A stretch of DNA of 64,000 nucleotides from an uncultured bacterium (GTDB lineage Bacteria > Planctomycetota > UBA1135 > GCA-002686595), in assembly GCA_943787795.1 (NCBI GenBank), contig CALSNU010000001.1:1088001-1152000 (forward strand), in the 5' to 3' direction. The notes beneath the pieces are model-generated. The model ran no database searches, had not been told where the DNA came from, and saw nothing but the letters and a program-made list of their open reading frames with translations. The position numbers were made by a program, and so were the translations under genes. This document shows, piece after piece, positions 1 to 8,906 of the stretch (its first letter is position 1; each line of letters opens with the position of its first letter).

Positions 1-1281
1 GGGGCGGTTCGCGGCGCGCTCTCCGCGGCGCTCGCAGAGTCGTGGCGGCGCTCCACGCACGCGGCGATCCGCGCGAGGCTCCGTGAGACGGAGCTCCTTG
101 ACATGGTGCTCGATCGCGCGGCGGTGGCCATCGAAGCGCGTGCAGGGAAGCCCTTCGAATTCCACTTCGAGCGGATCCCCGTACGGGGTCGAATCGATGC
201 CCGCCCGGCCACTGTGGGTCGCCTTGGATTCGGCCTGACGGTCGGGCGCGAGCAGCGCATACCCGTCTACCTGACGCCCGCTCAGCGGGCGGGCGGCGAG
301 GGGCGTTTGGTGGAGGGGACGGACATTCTGCGTCTCGCCGAGCTCCTCGACCCTGACTCGCTCTCTCCGGTGGATCGCCTCGCCGCGGCCGCGTTCTTGG
401 CGGCAGAGGGTGACTCCGAGGCGGCGCGACGGCGGATACGCTTGCAGGACTACCCGAGCAACGAGCTGCTCCCCGCGGACCTGGAGCGGCGTGTCCGGAG
501 GGTGACGGATGCGCGCCCCGAGCGGGCGAAGCCCCTCGCGCCGGAGCCGTTCTCTGGGGCCGCTCTGGCCGAGCCGACCGCTTCGATACCGGAGGTCTTC
601 GGCGTCCCCAATCAGGCGTCGATCGGCCGACAGGTGCGCCTCGTCTGGGACATGGTGGAGGTCGCGGATGGAGCGCGAGACCTGGGCCTCTCGCGGCCAC
701 TGCCGCAAGGGATCAAGCGCCTTGGAGCCTGGAGCCCTGGCCGCTGGGCTCTCGTTCCGGAGGGCCTCTCCCTCATGTCAGAGCTGGACGAGCGGGCTGA
801 CTTCATGGGGCGAACGACCGGGCCGCACCTCGGGCTGCTGGACCCCCTCAACCTCGAGAAACCCCTGACCGTTCGGCTGCGGCTGCGACCCGGGGACCAC
901 CGGCCGGAGGGGCACCTGGTGGCCGTTTCTCTGCGTGGCTACCACTTCTTGCTGGCGTGCGACCCCTTCAAGCCCAGGGCCTGGTTCGGGCCGGGTGACC
1001 TGGGGGCGCTCATCCGTCACGTCCAGGGAGGCTCCCCTGAGGCCCCCGGGACGTTCCGGGAGCGGCCCTTCAAGGGGATCGTGGACGGCGAGGAGCTGCT
1101 CATCGAGGTGAAGCTCGGCCCGTCCTCTCTGGAAGGAGCCCTCGTCAACGGCGTGGCCCTCGACTTCCCACGCTTCCTGGAGAAGCCGACGGGGGTCGAG
1201 GATGTCCTCCGCCTCCGATCGGCCAAGCCCATGACGCTGCTGGATGCGGAGCTGCGAGGTTCGCGCCGCGCGGGGCTCTGA
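1..1281 (+). CDS. Hypothetical protein, C-terminal part (5' end outside window)
   Basis: Frame is open from base 1 to TGA at 1279-1281 with GC-rich third positions; no recognisable motif. Confidence 0.7.
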   Translation, partial: GAVRGALSAALAESWRRSTHAAIRARLRETELLDMVLDRAAVAIEARAGKPFEFHFERIPVRGRIDARPATVGRLGFGLTVGREQRIPVYLTPAQRAGGEGRLVEGTDILRLAELLDPDSLSPVDRLAAAAFLAAEGDSEAARRRIRLQDYPSNELLPADLERRVRRVTDARPERAKPLAPEPFSGAALAEPTASIPEVFGVPNQASIGRQVRLVWDMVEVADGARDLGLSRPLPQGIKRLGAWSPGRWALVPEGLSLMSELDERADFMGRTTGPHLGLLDPLNLEKPLTVRLRLRPGDHRPEGHLVAVSLRGYHFLLACDPFKPRAWFGPGDLGALIRHVQGGSPEAPGTFRERPFKGIVDGEELLIEVKLGPSSLEGALVNGVALDFPRFLEKPTGVEDVLRLRSAKPMTLLDAELRGSRRAGL

Positions 1282-1407
1282 GCAGCGCCAGGGGCGGCGC
1301 GCCTGCGCAGGCGCCTGCGTTGGCGCTTGCGGAGGCGCCCTCGGCGCGGGGTGCCGGACCCGTCAGCGACCAGGCGGTCCCTGTGGCTCCCTTCGGCCTC
1401 CCCCGCG

Positions 1408-2052
1408 TCAGCCCGGCTGGGTGAAGCGCGCGGCGACGTCCCGCGCACGCTCCATGTCCTCGGGGCGCACGAGGTCCTCGACCGCGTCCAGCGCGGCTTC
1501 GACCTCCATCGGGGCCGCGCCGCAACGGACGGCACCTCGCACGTGGCTGGCGAGCTGGCGGTCGTGGCCGGTGGCGGCGAGCATCACCACGGCGAGGAGC
1601 TCCCGGGACGAAGCGTCAAGCCCACCTCTGGACAGCACTGCGCCGTACGCATGCTCAGCCACGAGCGCTGCCAGGTCTGGATCGAGGGACTGGAGGTGCT
1701 CGCGCACCCCCTGGGCACCGTCGCCGTAAATCCGATCGAAGAGCTCGCGTCCGGCTGCAGGGGACGCCTGCGGGAAGACCGGACCGCCAGGGGTGCCAGG
1801 GGTGCCAGGGGTGCCAGGGGTAGGGCCAGGGGTAGGGCCAGGGGGGATGCCGGCATTGCGGAGATGGTCGAGCGCCGCGATCGTCCTCGGGAAGCCACAG
1901 AACAGATGGCACTGGATCAGCACCTCTCTGGCCTCCGCGGTCAGGGGGCGAGGGCCGGCCTCGGCTGCGAATTCATCCAGCGCGGACGGAAGAAAGCGGA
2001 CCACCGCGACGGCGAGCCTGAAGAGCGAGCGGGAGGACGGAGCCTTCATCAC
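1408..2052 (-). CDS. Carboxymuconolactone decarboxylase / AhpD-like family protein
   Basis: 'EHAYGAVLSRGGLDASSRELLAV..L...QLASHVRGA.RCGA' and 'LFCGFPR' are CMD-family patterns; overlaps the psd stop (ATGA). Confidence 0.75.
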   Translation of the reverse strand: MMKAPSSRSLFRLAVAVVRFLPSALDEFAAEAGPRPLTAEAREVLIQCHLFCGFPRTIAALDHLRNAGIPPGPTPGPTPGTPGTPGTPGGPVFPQASPAAGRELFDRIYGDGAQGVREHLQSLDPDLAALVAEHAYGAVLSRGGLDASSRELLAVVMLAATGHDRQLASHVRGAVRCGAAPMEVEAALDAVEDLVRPEDMERARDVAARFTQPG

Positions 2053-2852
2053 GGCCTGTGGCTGGCGAGGTCCGCGATGGGCTCGCCCATGCGGATCGTG
2101 GCGCCTTGCGCCGCGGTGGGGGTGTGGAAGCCGGGCGGCGTCACGAGGACGACGGTCGAGCCCATCTCGAAGCGGCCAAACTCCTCGCCGCGGGCGAAGG
2201 TGCGGGGGGGCTGGATCGCGCCGCGGTGGAGCGGGTCGACGCCGACCACCCGGATCCGGCCCACCACCACGGCGCCGACCAGCACCATGAAGAAGGGGCC
2301 GCGCTCGGACTCGAGGCGACAGACGACCCGCTCGTTGATCGAGAGGACCCTGCGGCGCTCGAGTACGCTGGGCTGAACGCTGTGGCGGTCCCCCGGGACG
2401 TGGACCACCTCGGTGAGCTCGGCATCCACCGGGCAGTGGATCCGGTGGTAGTCCTTCGGGCCGAGGTAGAGGGTGTACTGGTGCCCGCCATCCAGGTCCA
2501 CGTCGTCACCGACGCCGGCCAGGAGGTTGCGGATCGGGTAGAGCCGCTCCTTCGCTTCGACCACCATCCCGTTCGTCACGCGGGAGCTGGCCTGGACCAT
2601 GCAGTCCACCGGAGAGGGCAGGCGTGAGGGGTCGTCGTCCACCGACCGCGCCCCGTCGGCGAGTCGCCGGACAAAGAACGCTCCCAGGCTCGGGTAGTCC
2701 CGCGGCTGCCCCCGCATCTCGCTGAGGTCCGCGCCGGTGAAGGCGGCGTAGGCCTTGTAGAGCGGGGCCCTCAGGGGGCCGGGGACGCGCCGGTCCGCAG
2801 CCCAGCCGATGAGGAGAGAGAGCCGTCGTTTCACCTGGAGGGGAGAAGCCAT
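2049..2852 (-). CDS. psd: Phosphatidylserine decarboxylase proenzyme
   Basis: Motifs 'FFVRRL', 'SPVD', 'YLGPKDYHRIHCP', 'NERV' and autocleavage motif 'FEMGSTV'. Confidence 0.93.
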   Translation of the reverse strand: MASPLQVKRRLSLLIGWAADRRVPGPLRAPLYKAYAAFTGADLSEMRGQPRDYPSLGAFFVRRLADGARSVDDDPSRLPSPVDCMVQASSRVTNGMVVEAKERLYPIRNLLAGVGDDVDLDGGHQYTLYLGPKDYHRIHCPVDAELTEVVHVPGDRHSVQPSVLERRRVLSINERVVCRLESERGPFFMVLVGAVVVGRIRVVGVDPLHRGAIQPPRTFARGEEFGRFEMGSTVVLVTPPGFHTPTAAQGATIRMGEPIADLASHRP

Positions 2853-3047
2853 GGCCGGACACTATCCGGCGAGCTGTCCCGGGGGGAAGTCTCCGATTGA
2901 ACGCTGTGCGCCTTGAAAAGGCCCGGAGGCCCAGCATCATGTGCCGCCAGGCTCCCGCAGACGCGCGCTTCACGCGCTGCGGCCGGGGGCCCGGGTCCCC
3001 TGCCACCGCCCTGCTCCGAGGGCACCCCAGCCCCAAGGAAACGCCAG

Positions 3048-4325
3048 ATGACTTCCGGAACCACCGTCGTGATCCTCGCCGCAGGCAAGGGCACGCGCAT
3101 GAAGAGCGAGACGCCCAAGTGCCTCCATGAACTCTGCGGGCGGTCCATGCTCGGCTGGGTCCTCGGCGCGGCGCAGGGCCTGGCCCCGGACCGGATCGTG
3201 GTCGTTGTCGGCCACGGAGCCGCCGAGGTCGAGGCTGCAGCGCGGCGTGAGCTGCCGGATGTGGACCTTCAGTTTGTGCTGCAGGAGCCGCAGCTCGGCA
3301 CGGGGCACGCGCTTCAGGTCGCGGCGCCAGCCCTGGGAGAGACGGAGCGTGTCGTGGTCACCTATGGCGACATGCCGCTCCTCTCGACCGAGAGCATGCA
3401 GTCTCTGGTGGACGCCCAGGTGGAGGCCGGCGCGCCCGGCGCCGTGTCGATCCTCACCGCGATGATCGAGGACCCCACGGGCTACGGCCGGATCCTCCGC
3501 CGCGAGGACGGCTCGTTCGAGCGGATCGTCGAGCACAAGGACGCCACCGAAGAGGAGCGCATGGTCAACGAGACTAACCTCGGTGTGTACTGCTTCGACC
3601 GGGCGACGCTGGGCGACGATCTCGCGCGGCTCGACAACGACAACGCTCAGGGCGAGTACTACATCACCGACCTGGCTGGCATGGCCGAGGCGGGCGGCCG
3701 CCCCGTGCTCCCGTTGGTGCTCGAGGACGCGGGAGAGGCCCAGGGGGTGAACGACCTGGGGCAGCTGGCAGAGGTCCGCTGGCAGATCCAGATGCGCATC
3801 CTGGAGCAGCACATGGCCGCCGGCGTGCGGATCATGGACCCGGCCACCACGTTCATTGATCACGGCGTGGAGATCGGCTGCGGCACGGAGATCCTGCCCT
3901 GCACGGTGATTCGATCGGGCGTCCAGGTCGGCGAGGGCTGCGAGGTGGGCCCCTTCACGCACCTGCGCGCAGGGGCCGTCCTGGAGGACACCGCGGAGGT
4001 CGGAAACTTCACCGAGATGAAGAACTCGACCCTGGGGAGCGGCTCCAAGGCGAAGCACCTCAGCTACCTCGGCGACGCGCGCATCGGCGCCAAGACGAAC
4101 ATCGGGGCCGGGACGATCTTCGCCAACTACGACGGGAAGGAGAAGCACCCGACCGTGGTGGGGGATCGGGCCTTCGTGGGCAGCGGCTCGATCATCGTCG
4201 CGCCCAATGAGGTCCCCGCGGGGGCGACGACGGGCGCCGGAGCCGTGATCACCCGCTCAGCGGAGATGCAAGAAGGCGAGACCTGGGTGGGGATGCCCGC
4301 CCGTAAGCTGAAGCCGAAGGCGTAA
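3048..4325 (+). CDS. glmU: Bifunctional UDP-GlcNAc pyrophosphorylase / glucosamine-1-phosphate N-acetyltransferase
   Basis: 'ILAAGKGTRMKS', 'QLGTGHA', 'NAQGEYYITD', 'HLSYLGDA', hexapeptide repeats; ATG 3048 follows AAGGA. Confidence 0.97.
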   Translation: MTSGTTVVILAAGKGTRMKSETPKCLHELCGRSMLGWVLGAAQGLAPDRIVVVVGHGAAEVEAAARRELPDVDLQFVLQEPQLGTGHALQVAAPALGETERVVVTYGDMPLLSTESMQSLVDAQVEAGAPGAVSILTAMIEDPTGYGRILRREDGSFERIVEHKDATEEERMVNETNLGVYCFDRATLGDDLARLDNDNAQGEYYITDLAGMAEAGGRPVLPLVLEDAGEAQGVNDLGQLAEVRWQIQMRILEQHMAAGVRIMDPATTFIDHGVEIGCGTEILPCTVIRSGVQVGEGCEVGPFTHLRAGAVLEDTAEVGNFTEMKNSTLGSGSKAKHLSYLGDARIGAKTNIGAGTIFANYDGKEKHPTVVGDRAFVGSGSIIVAPNEVPAGATTGAGAVITRSAEMQEGETWVGMPARKLKPKA

Positions 4326-4455
4326 GCTCCCCGTTCCAACGTTCGCCCCCGGCGGACGTCACTCCCCCCGGGCGCGAGCGCGATGCGCTGCCCCTCCTCT
4401 CGACTCCCCCCCAACCCCACCCTCTGCGGCCGCGGCAAGACGCGACCTTCGTTCC

Positions 4456-5400
4456 ATGAGCAGCGCCTACGGTGACATCACACTCATCTCGGGGAACGCC
4501 CACGTCGAGCTCTCGAAGGCCATCTCGGAGTGCCTCGATCAGCCGCTGGCCTCCGCCCGTGTCGCGCGCTTCACGGACGGGGAAGTGGACATCAAGCTCG
4601 ATGAGGACATCCGCGGCCGGGACGTCTTCGTGCTTCAGCCGACCTGCCCGCCGGTCAACGAGAACTGGGTGGAGCTCCTCCTGCTGCTGGACACCCTGCG
4701 GCGCGCCAGCGCCGGGCGGATCACCGCTGTGATGCCCTACTACGGCTACGCGCGAAAGGACCGCAAGGACGAGGGCCGCGTCCCGATCAGCGCGAAGGTC
4801 GTGGCGAACACGCTGGTGGCCTGCGGGGCGGATCGAGTGGTCACCCTCGACATGCACGCGGCCCAGATCCAGGGCTTCTACGACATCCCCGTGGACCACC
4901 TCTACGCGCGCCCGGTGTTGCTGGACGAGGTGGAGTCGATGGGCCTCGAGAACCCCGTGGTGGTGACGCCGGACGTGGGGGGGACCAAGATGGCTCGGGC
5001 CTATGCCAAGCGCCTCCACGCGGACCTCGCCATCGTGGACAAGCGCCGAATCTCGGGTTCCGAGACCATGATCGAACACGTCATCGGTGAGGTCGAGGGG
5101 CGCAACTGCATCATCGTCGACGACATGATCTCGACGGGTGGTTCCATCACCCAGGCCGCGGCGGTCCTGAAGTCCAAGGGGGCGAAGGCGATCGTCATCG
5201 CGGTGAGCCACGCAGTCTTCTGCGGTCCAGCGGTGGACCGGCTCGACGCCGCTCCGGTGGACGCGATCCTCGTCACCGACTCGATCCCCCAGGGCGAGCG
5301 TCGGCCGAAGAAGCTCAAGGTCTGCAGCATCGCCCCGCTGGTGGCGCAGACGATCCGGAGCATTCATACCTCCGAGTCGGTCAGCTCCCTCTTCGAGTGA
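4456..5400 (+). CDS. prs: Ribose-phosphate pyrophosphokinase
   Basis: 'FTDGE', 'PYYGYARKDRK', 'DMHAAQIQGF', 'VDDMISTGGS'. Confidence 0.97.
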   Translation: MSSAYGDITLISGNAHVELSKAISECLDQPLASARVARFTDGEVDIKLDEDIRGRDVFVLQPTCPPVNENWVELLLLLDTLRRASAGRITAVMPYYGYARKDRKDEGRVPISAKVVANTLVACGADRVVTLDMHAAQIQGFYDIPVDHLYARPVLLDEVESMGLENPVVVTPDVGGTKMARAYAKRLHADLAIVDKRRISGSETMIEHVIGEVEGRNCIIVDDMISTGGSITQAAAVLKSKGAKAIVIAVSHAVFCGPAVDRLDAAPVDAILVTDSIPQGERRPKKLKVCSIAPLVAQTIRSIHTSESVSSLFE

Positions 5401-5423
5401 GGGCCTGCCCGGCGGCCAGCGTG

Positions 5424-5618
5424 GCGACTGGGTCCAGCGACTGAGTCCAGCGACTGAGTCCAGCGGCTGAGTCCAGCGGCTGAGTCCAGCGGCTGAGTCC
5501 AGCGGCTGGGTCCAGCGACTGAGTCCAGCGGCTGAGTCCAGCGGCTGAGTCCAGCGGCTGAGTCCAGCGGCTGGGTCCCGCGGCTGGGTCCAGCGGCTGG
5601 GTCCAGCGGCTGGGTCCC
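5424..5618. repeat. 13-bp minisatellite GCGRCTGRGTCCA, ~15 copies
   Basis: Head-to-tail tandem copies without spacers, downstream of prs. Confidence 0.95.
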
Positions 5619-5952
5619 CGGAGCGGGCCCGCCCGACCGCGCGGGTCTCGCTCGCCCGGCCCCCTGGGCCCACCCGGCCCGCTCACCGCGGCACTCCCGA
5701 CGAGCCCCCCGGGGGTCGCGGCCTGGGACCTGGCTGTGGGCCTGACGGAGGGTCTGCCGGAGGGTCTGCCGGGGTCTGACAAAAGGTCTGATGGGGGGGC
5801 TGCCGAGGCTGCCGGGTCAGATTTATGGCCGGAGAGGGGCCCCGAGACGTGGGCGGGGTGTCTATCCTCTCGGCCTTCAAATCCTGTGCGCCACTCCGGT
5901 TCGGGCTCCGCCCGACGGTCCCGGGGGGCGACGAACCACCCAGGAAACCGAT

Positions 5953-6552
5953 ATGACCGACGCCAAGATCAGCTGCGCCGTCCGTGAATCCCTCGGCAGC
6001 CGCGCCTCTCGCCGCCTCCGCGCCATGGGGCGCGCCATCGCCAGCCTTCAGGCCGACAGTGACCACGCTCACGTCGACCTGCACTTCGACGAGGCTGAGT
6101 TCCACGCCGCCCGACGCGCTCATGCGCACCTCTTCGACCTCGAGTTCAATGGCGCGACAGAGTCCGCCATCGTCCGCGAGCTCCAGTGGGACGCCCTCGG
6201 TGACACCCTGCTCCACGTGGAGTTCAAGCGGGTCATCCGTGGCCAGAAGACCGAGTCCAGCGTGCCCCTCGCCTTCACCGGTACCCCGGCCGGCGTCCTG
6301 AACCACGACCTCGACGCGGTGACTGTGTCCTGCATCCCGTCGCTCATCCCGGACGCCATCAAGGTCTCCGTGGACGGCCTCGAGCCGGGCAGCCACGTGA
6401 AGGCCTCGGACGTGACGATGCCCGAGGGCATCGACCTGCTCCTTGATCCTGACACCGAGATCGCCGTCATCAGCGAGATGAGGGCGTCCGCCTCCACGGC
6501 CGATGAGGCCGAAGAGGCTGATGCTGAGGACGGCGAAGCCGCCGCTGACTGA
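5953..6552 (+). CDS. rplY: 50S ribosomal protein bL25 (Ctc form)
   Basis: 'GSRASRRLRA.G', 'IVRELQWD....LLHVEF', C-terminal TL5 domain and acidic tail; prs-rplY-pth synteny. Confidence 0.93.
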   Translation: MTDAKISCAVRESLGSRASRRLRAMGRAIASLQADSDHAHVDLHFDEAEFHAARRAHAHLFDLEFNGATESAIVRELQWDALGDTLLHVEFKRVIRGQKTESSVPLAFTGTPAGVLNHDLDAVTVSCIPSLIPDAIKVSVDGLEPGSHVKASDVTMPEGIDLLLDPDTEIAVISEMRASASTADEAEEADAEDGEAAAD

Positions 6553-6726
6553 CCCACGCACGGCTCCGATGGGGGCCCGGTCGCCCGCTGCAGCCTTCTG
6601 GCGCAGCGGGGGTTCCGGGGCCGCTCGGCCGCCGTTACGCTCTTTCGCCGCTTCCGGGACTCTCCGGGAGCGGACCCCCGCGCCCTCCCCGGGCTGACCG
6701 CCGCGTCCTCCGCGATCGACATCACG

Positions 6727-7416
6727 ATGGCAAGACTGGTTGTTGGCCTTGGAAACCCCGGTACCGAATACGACGGCACCCGACATAACGTCGGGTTCGC
6801 CGTACTCGACCACCTGGCGGAGACGCGCGGATCGCTCTTTCGCGGACCGTCTCGCCTTGATGGCTGGACGGGGCCCCGCGGCTTCGAATGGGCGCGCTGC
6901 TCCGCTGATGGCGGGGAGGCGTTCCTGCTCAAGCCCGGAACATTCATGAACCGCTCCGGTGACATCGTCGCCCCGGTAGCGCGCTGGCTGGCCCGGCGCG
7001 GGGAACTCCCCGCCCTGGACGCCGCGCTCGACCCGGGTGATGGGGCCGCCGAGCCGCAAGTGGACATGCCCCCCCAGCCCTCACCGGACTCCATCCTCGT
7101 GGTCTATGACGACATGGACCTCGACGTGGGCAAGCTCCGTCTCCGCCCGCATGGGGGACACGGAGGGCAGAACGGGATGCGTTCCATCATCCACCGCCTG
7201 GCGACCGACAGGTTTTCTCGACTCAGGGTCGGGATCGGTCGTGCGGGCACCGACGCGGCGCGTCATGTGCTGAGTGCGTTCTCCGGACCGGAGAGGCAGG
7301 AGATCGAGGTCTCGATCGCGGAAGCGACCGAGGCCATCGAGGCCTGGCTCGATGGCGAGGCGTTCGCCGATGTCATGACGCGGTTCCACAGCCGCTGGAA
7401 CCTGCGTGATTCTTGA
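6727..7416 (+). CDS. pth: Peptidyl-tRNA hydrolase
   Basis: 'LVVGLGNPG.EY.GTRHNVGF', 'KPGTFMNRSG', 'YDDMDL', 'RLRVGIG'. Confidence 0.96.
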   Translation: MARLVVGLGNPGTEYDGTRHNVGFAVLDHLAETRGSLFRGPSRLDGWTGPRGFEWARCSADGGEAFLLKPGTFMNRSGDIVAPVARWLARRGELPALDAALDPGDGAAEPQVDMPPQPSPDSILVVYDDMDLDVGKLRLRPHGGHGGQNGMRSIIHRLATDRFSRLRVGIGRAGTDAARHVLSAFSGPERQEIEVSIAEATEAIEAWLDGEAFADVMTRFHSRWNLRDS

Positions 7417-7451
7417 TCGCGCACGACGTCACCTAACCCCGGAGAAGACCC

Positions 7452-7931
7452 TTGACTCAGACTTACGAGACCATGGTCCTGCTCGACAACGATGTCGTGC
7501 GACTGGACTGGAAGAAGGCGAAAGCCATCGTGACCGATACGGTCGCGAAGTACGGAGGCAGCCTTGATAGCTGCCGGCGGTGGGACGAGCGCAGGCTCGC
7601 CTATCCCATGAAGCGCAAGAACCGCGCGACGTTCTATCTCGCCTACCACGACATGCCGGGCGACATGATCCCGGGGTTCTTGCGGGACCTCGAGCTCAAC
7701 GAGTCTGTGCTCCGCTACCTGATGGTGCGCGTGGACGAGACCCCCGAGGAGGAGCGCAAGCTCGCCGCCGAGGAGGACGGCGCGGAGTACACCGTGCCCG
7801 AGCCGCCCGATGACGACCTGATCGAGATCCCGGAAGAGGAGGAGACCGACCCCCTCATGGACGTCGACATTCCCGTGGACATTCCCGCCGAGGCGTCCGC
7901 CACGGCCCCTGAACCCGCCAAGGAGGGCTGA
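7452..7931 (+). CDS. rpsF: 30S ribosomal protein bS6
   Basis: 'YETM', 'WDERRLAYP', 'VLRYLMV'; TTG start after GGAG; acidic tail. Confidence 0.93.
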   Translation: MTQTYETMVLLDNDVVRLDWKKAKAIVTDTVAKYGGSLDSCRRWDERRLAYPMKRKNRATFYLAYHDMPGDMIPGFLRDLELNESVLRYLMVRVDETPEEERKLAAEEDGAEYTVPEPPDDDLIEIPEEEETDPLMDVDIPVDIPAEASATAPEPAKEG

Positions 7932-7935
7932 TCCA

Positions 7936-8148
7936 ATGAAGCGACGCGTCAAGACCATGATCGGATCGACGAACTGCGACGATCCCATCATCGATTACAA
8001 GAGCACCGAGTACCTCGAGAAGTTCCTGACCCCTCAGGGGCAGATCCTCTCCCGCCGCCGTTCGGGCTTCTGCACTCAGTGCCAGAAGCAGCTCAAGTCG
8101 GCCATCAAGCGTGCACGTCACGTCGGACTTCTCCCCTTCGTGGGCTGA
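7936..8148 (+). CDS. rpsR: 30S ribosomal protein bS18
   Basis: 'IDYK...L.KFLT.QGQILSRRRSG...Q.QL..AIKRAR..GLLPF'. Confidence 0.93.
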   Translation: MKRRVKTMIGSTNCDDPIIDYKSTEYLEKFLTPQGQILSRRRSGFCTQCQKQLKSAIKRARHVGLLPFVG

Positions 8149-8176
8149 TCGTCGTTCTGACGACAGGAGCACAGTT

Positions 8177-8728
8177 ATGAGCGACGTAGAAGTCCTACTG
8201 CAACAGAGCGTGAAGCACCTCGGCCTCGTCGGAGACGTGGTCAAGGTCAAGCCGGGCTACGCCCGGAACTACCTCTATCCCAAGCGCCTCGGCATTCCGG
8301 CCACGGAAGACGCCAAGCGCCAGATCGCCCGCCGCGCCGCCAAGGTGCGTGAGGCTGAGGCCGTGCGCCTCCAGGAGATCGCTGAGCTGGTCGGGCGCCT
8401 CGCGGGCCTCGAGTTCAAGATCACCATGAAGTCCGACCCCAACGGCAACCTTTACGGCTCGGTCAACAGCGCCAAGATCGTCGAGCTCGCCGGCGAGCAG
8501 GGCGTGACGATCGCCGAGAAGGAAGTCCGCCTCGACGCTCCCATCAAGACCGTCGGCCAGCACAAGGTGAAGATCCATGTGAAGGACGACGAGTTTGGCG
8601 AGGTCCTCGTGGACGTCGAGGCTGAAGGCAAGTCGCAGGAGGCCCTCGACGCCGAGGCCGCCGCTGAGGCCGCCCTCGATGCCGAGGCCAGCGCCGAGGG
8701 CCCCAGCGGCCCGCCGTCCGAAGACTGA
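8177..8728 (+). CDS. rplI: 50S ribosomal protein bL9
   Basis: 'LG.VGDVVKVKPGYARNYLYP', 'LYGSV', 'PIKTVG'; ATG 8177 follows AGGAG. Confidence 0.96.
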   Translation: MSDVEVLLQQSVKHLGLVGDVVKVKPGYARNYLYPKRLGIPATEDAKRQIARRAAKVREAEAVRLQEIAELVGRLAGLEFKITMKSDPNGNLYGSVNSAKIVELAGEQGVTIAEKEVRLDAPIKTVGQHKVKIHVKDDEFGEVLVDVEAEGKSQEALDAEAAAEAALDAEASAEGPSGPPSED

Positions 8729-8906
8729 GTCGACGCGACCCCGCCCGGTGCGCCCCTGGGGGTGCTCACGAGCATGGGGACGACGATCGATCGAACAGTG
8801 GAGCCCGGGGGGACGACCCTCCGGGCTCCGCTCGTTATCCTCCAGCCAGGCCCGCGCGCGCAGCGCTGGGCCGTCAACCTTGGATCAGCAGCACGAACAG
8901 AGCGGT

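Noticed and set aside
4326..4455. tRNA-Gln, often found upstream of prs
   Set aside because: No cloverleaf, T-loop motif or CCA in this spacer.
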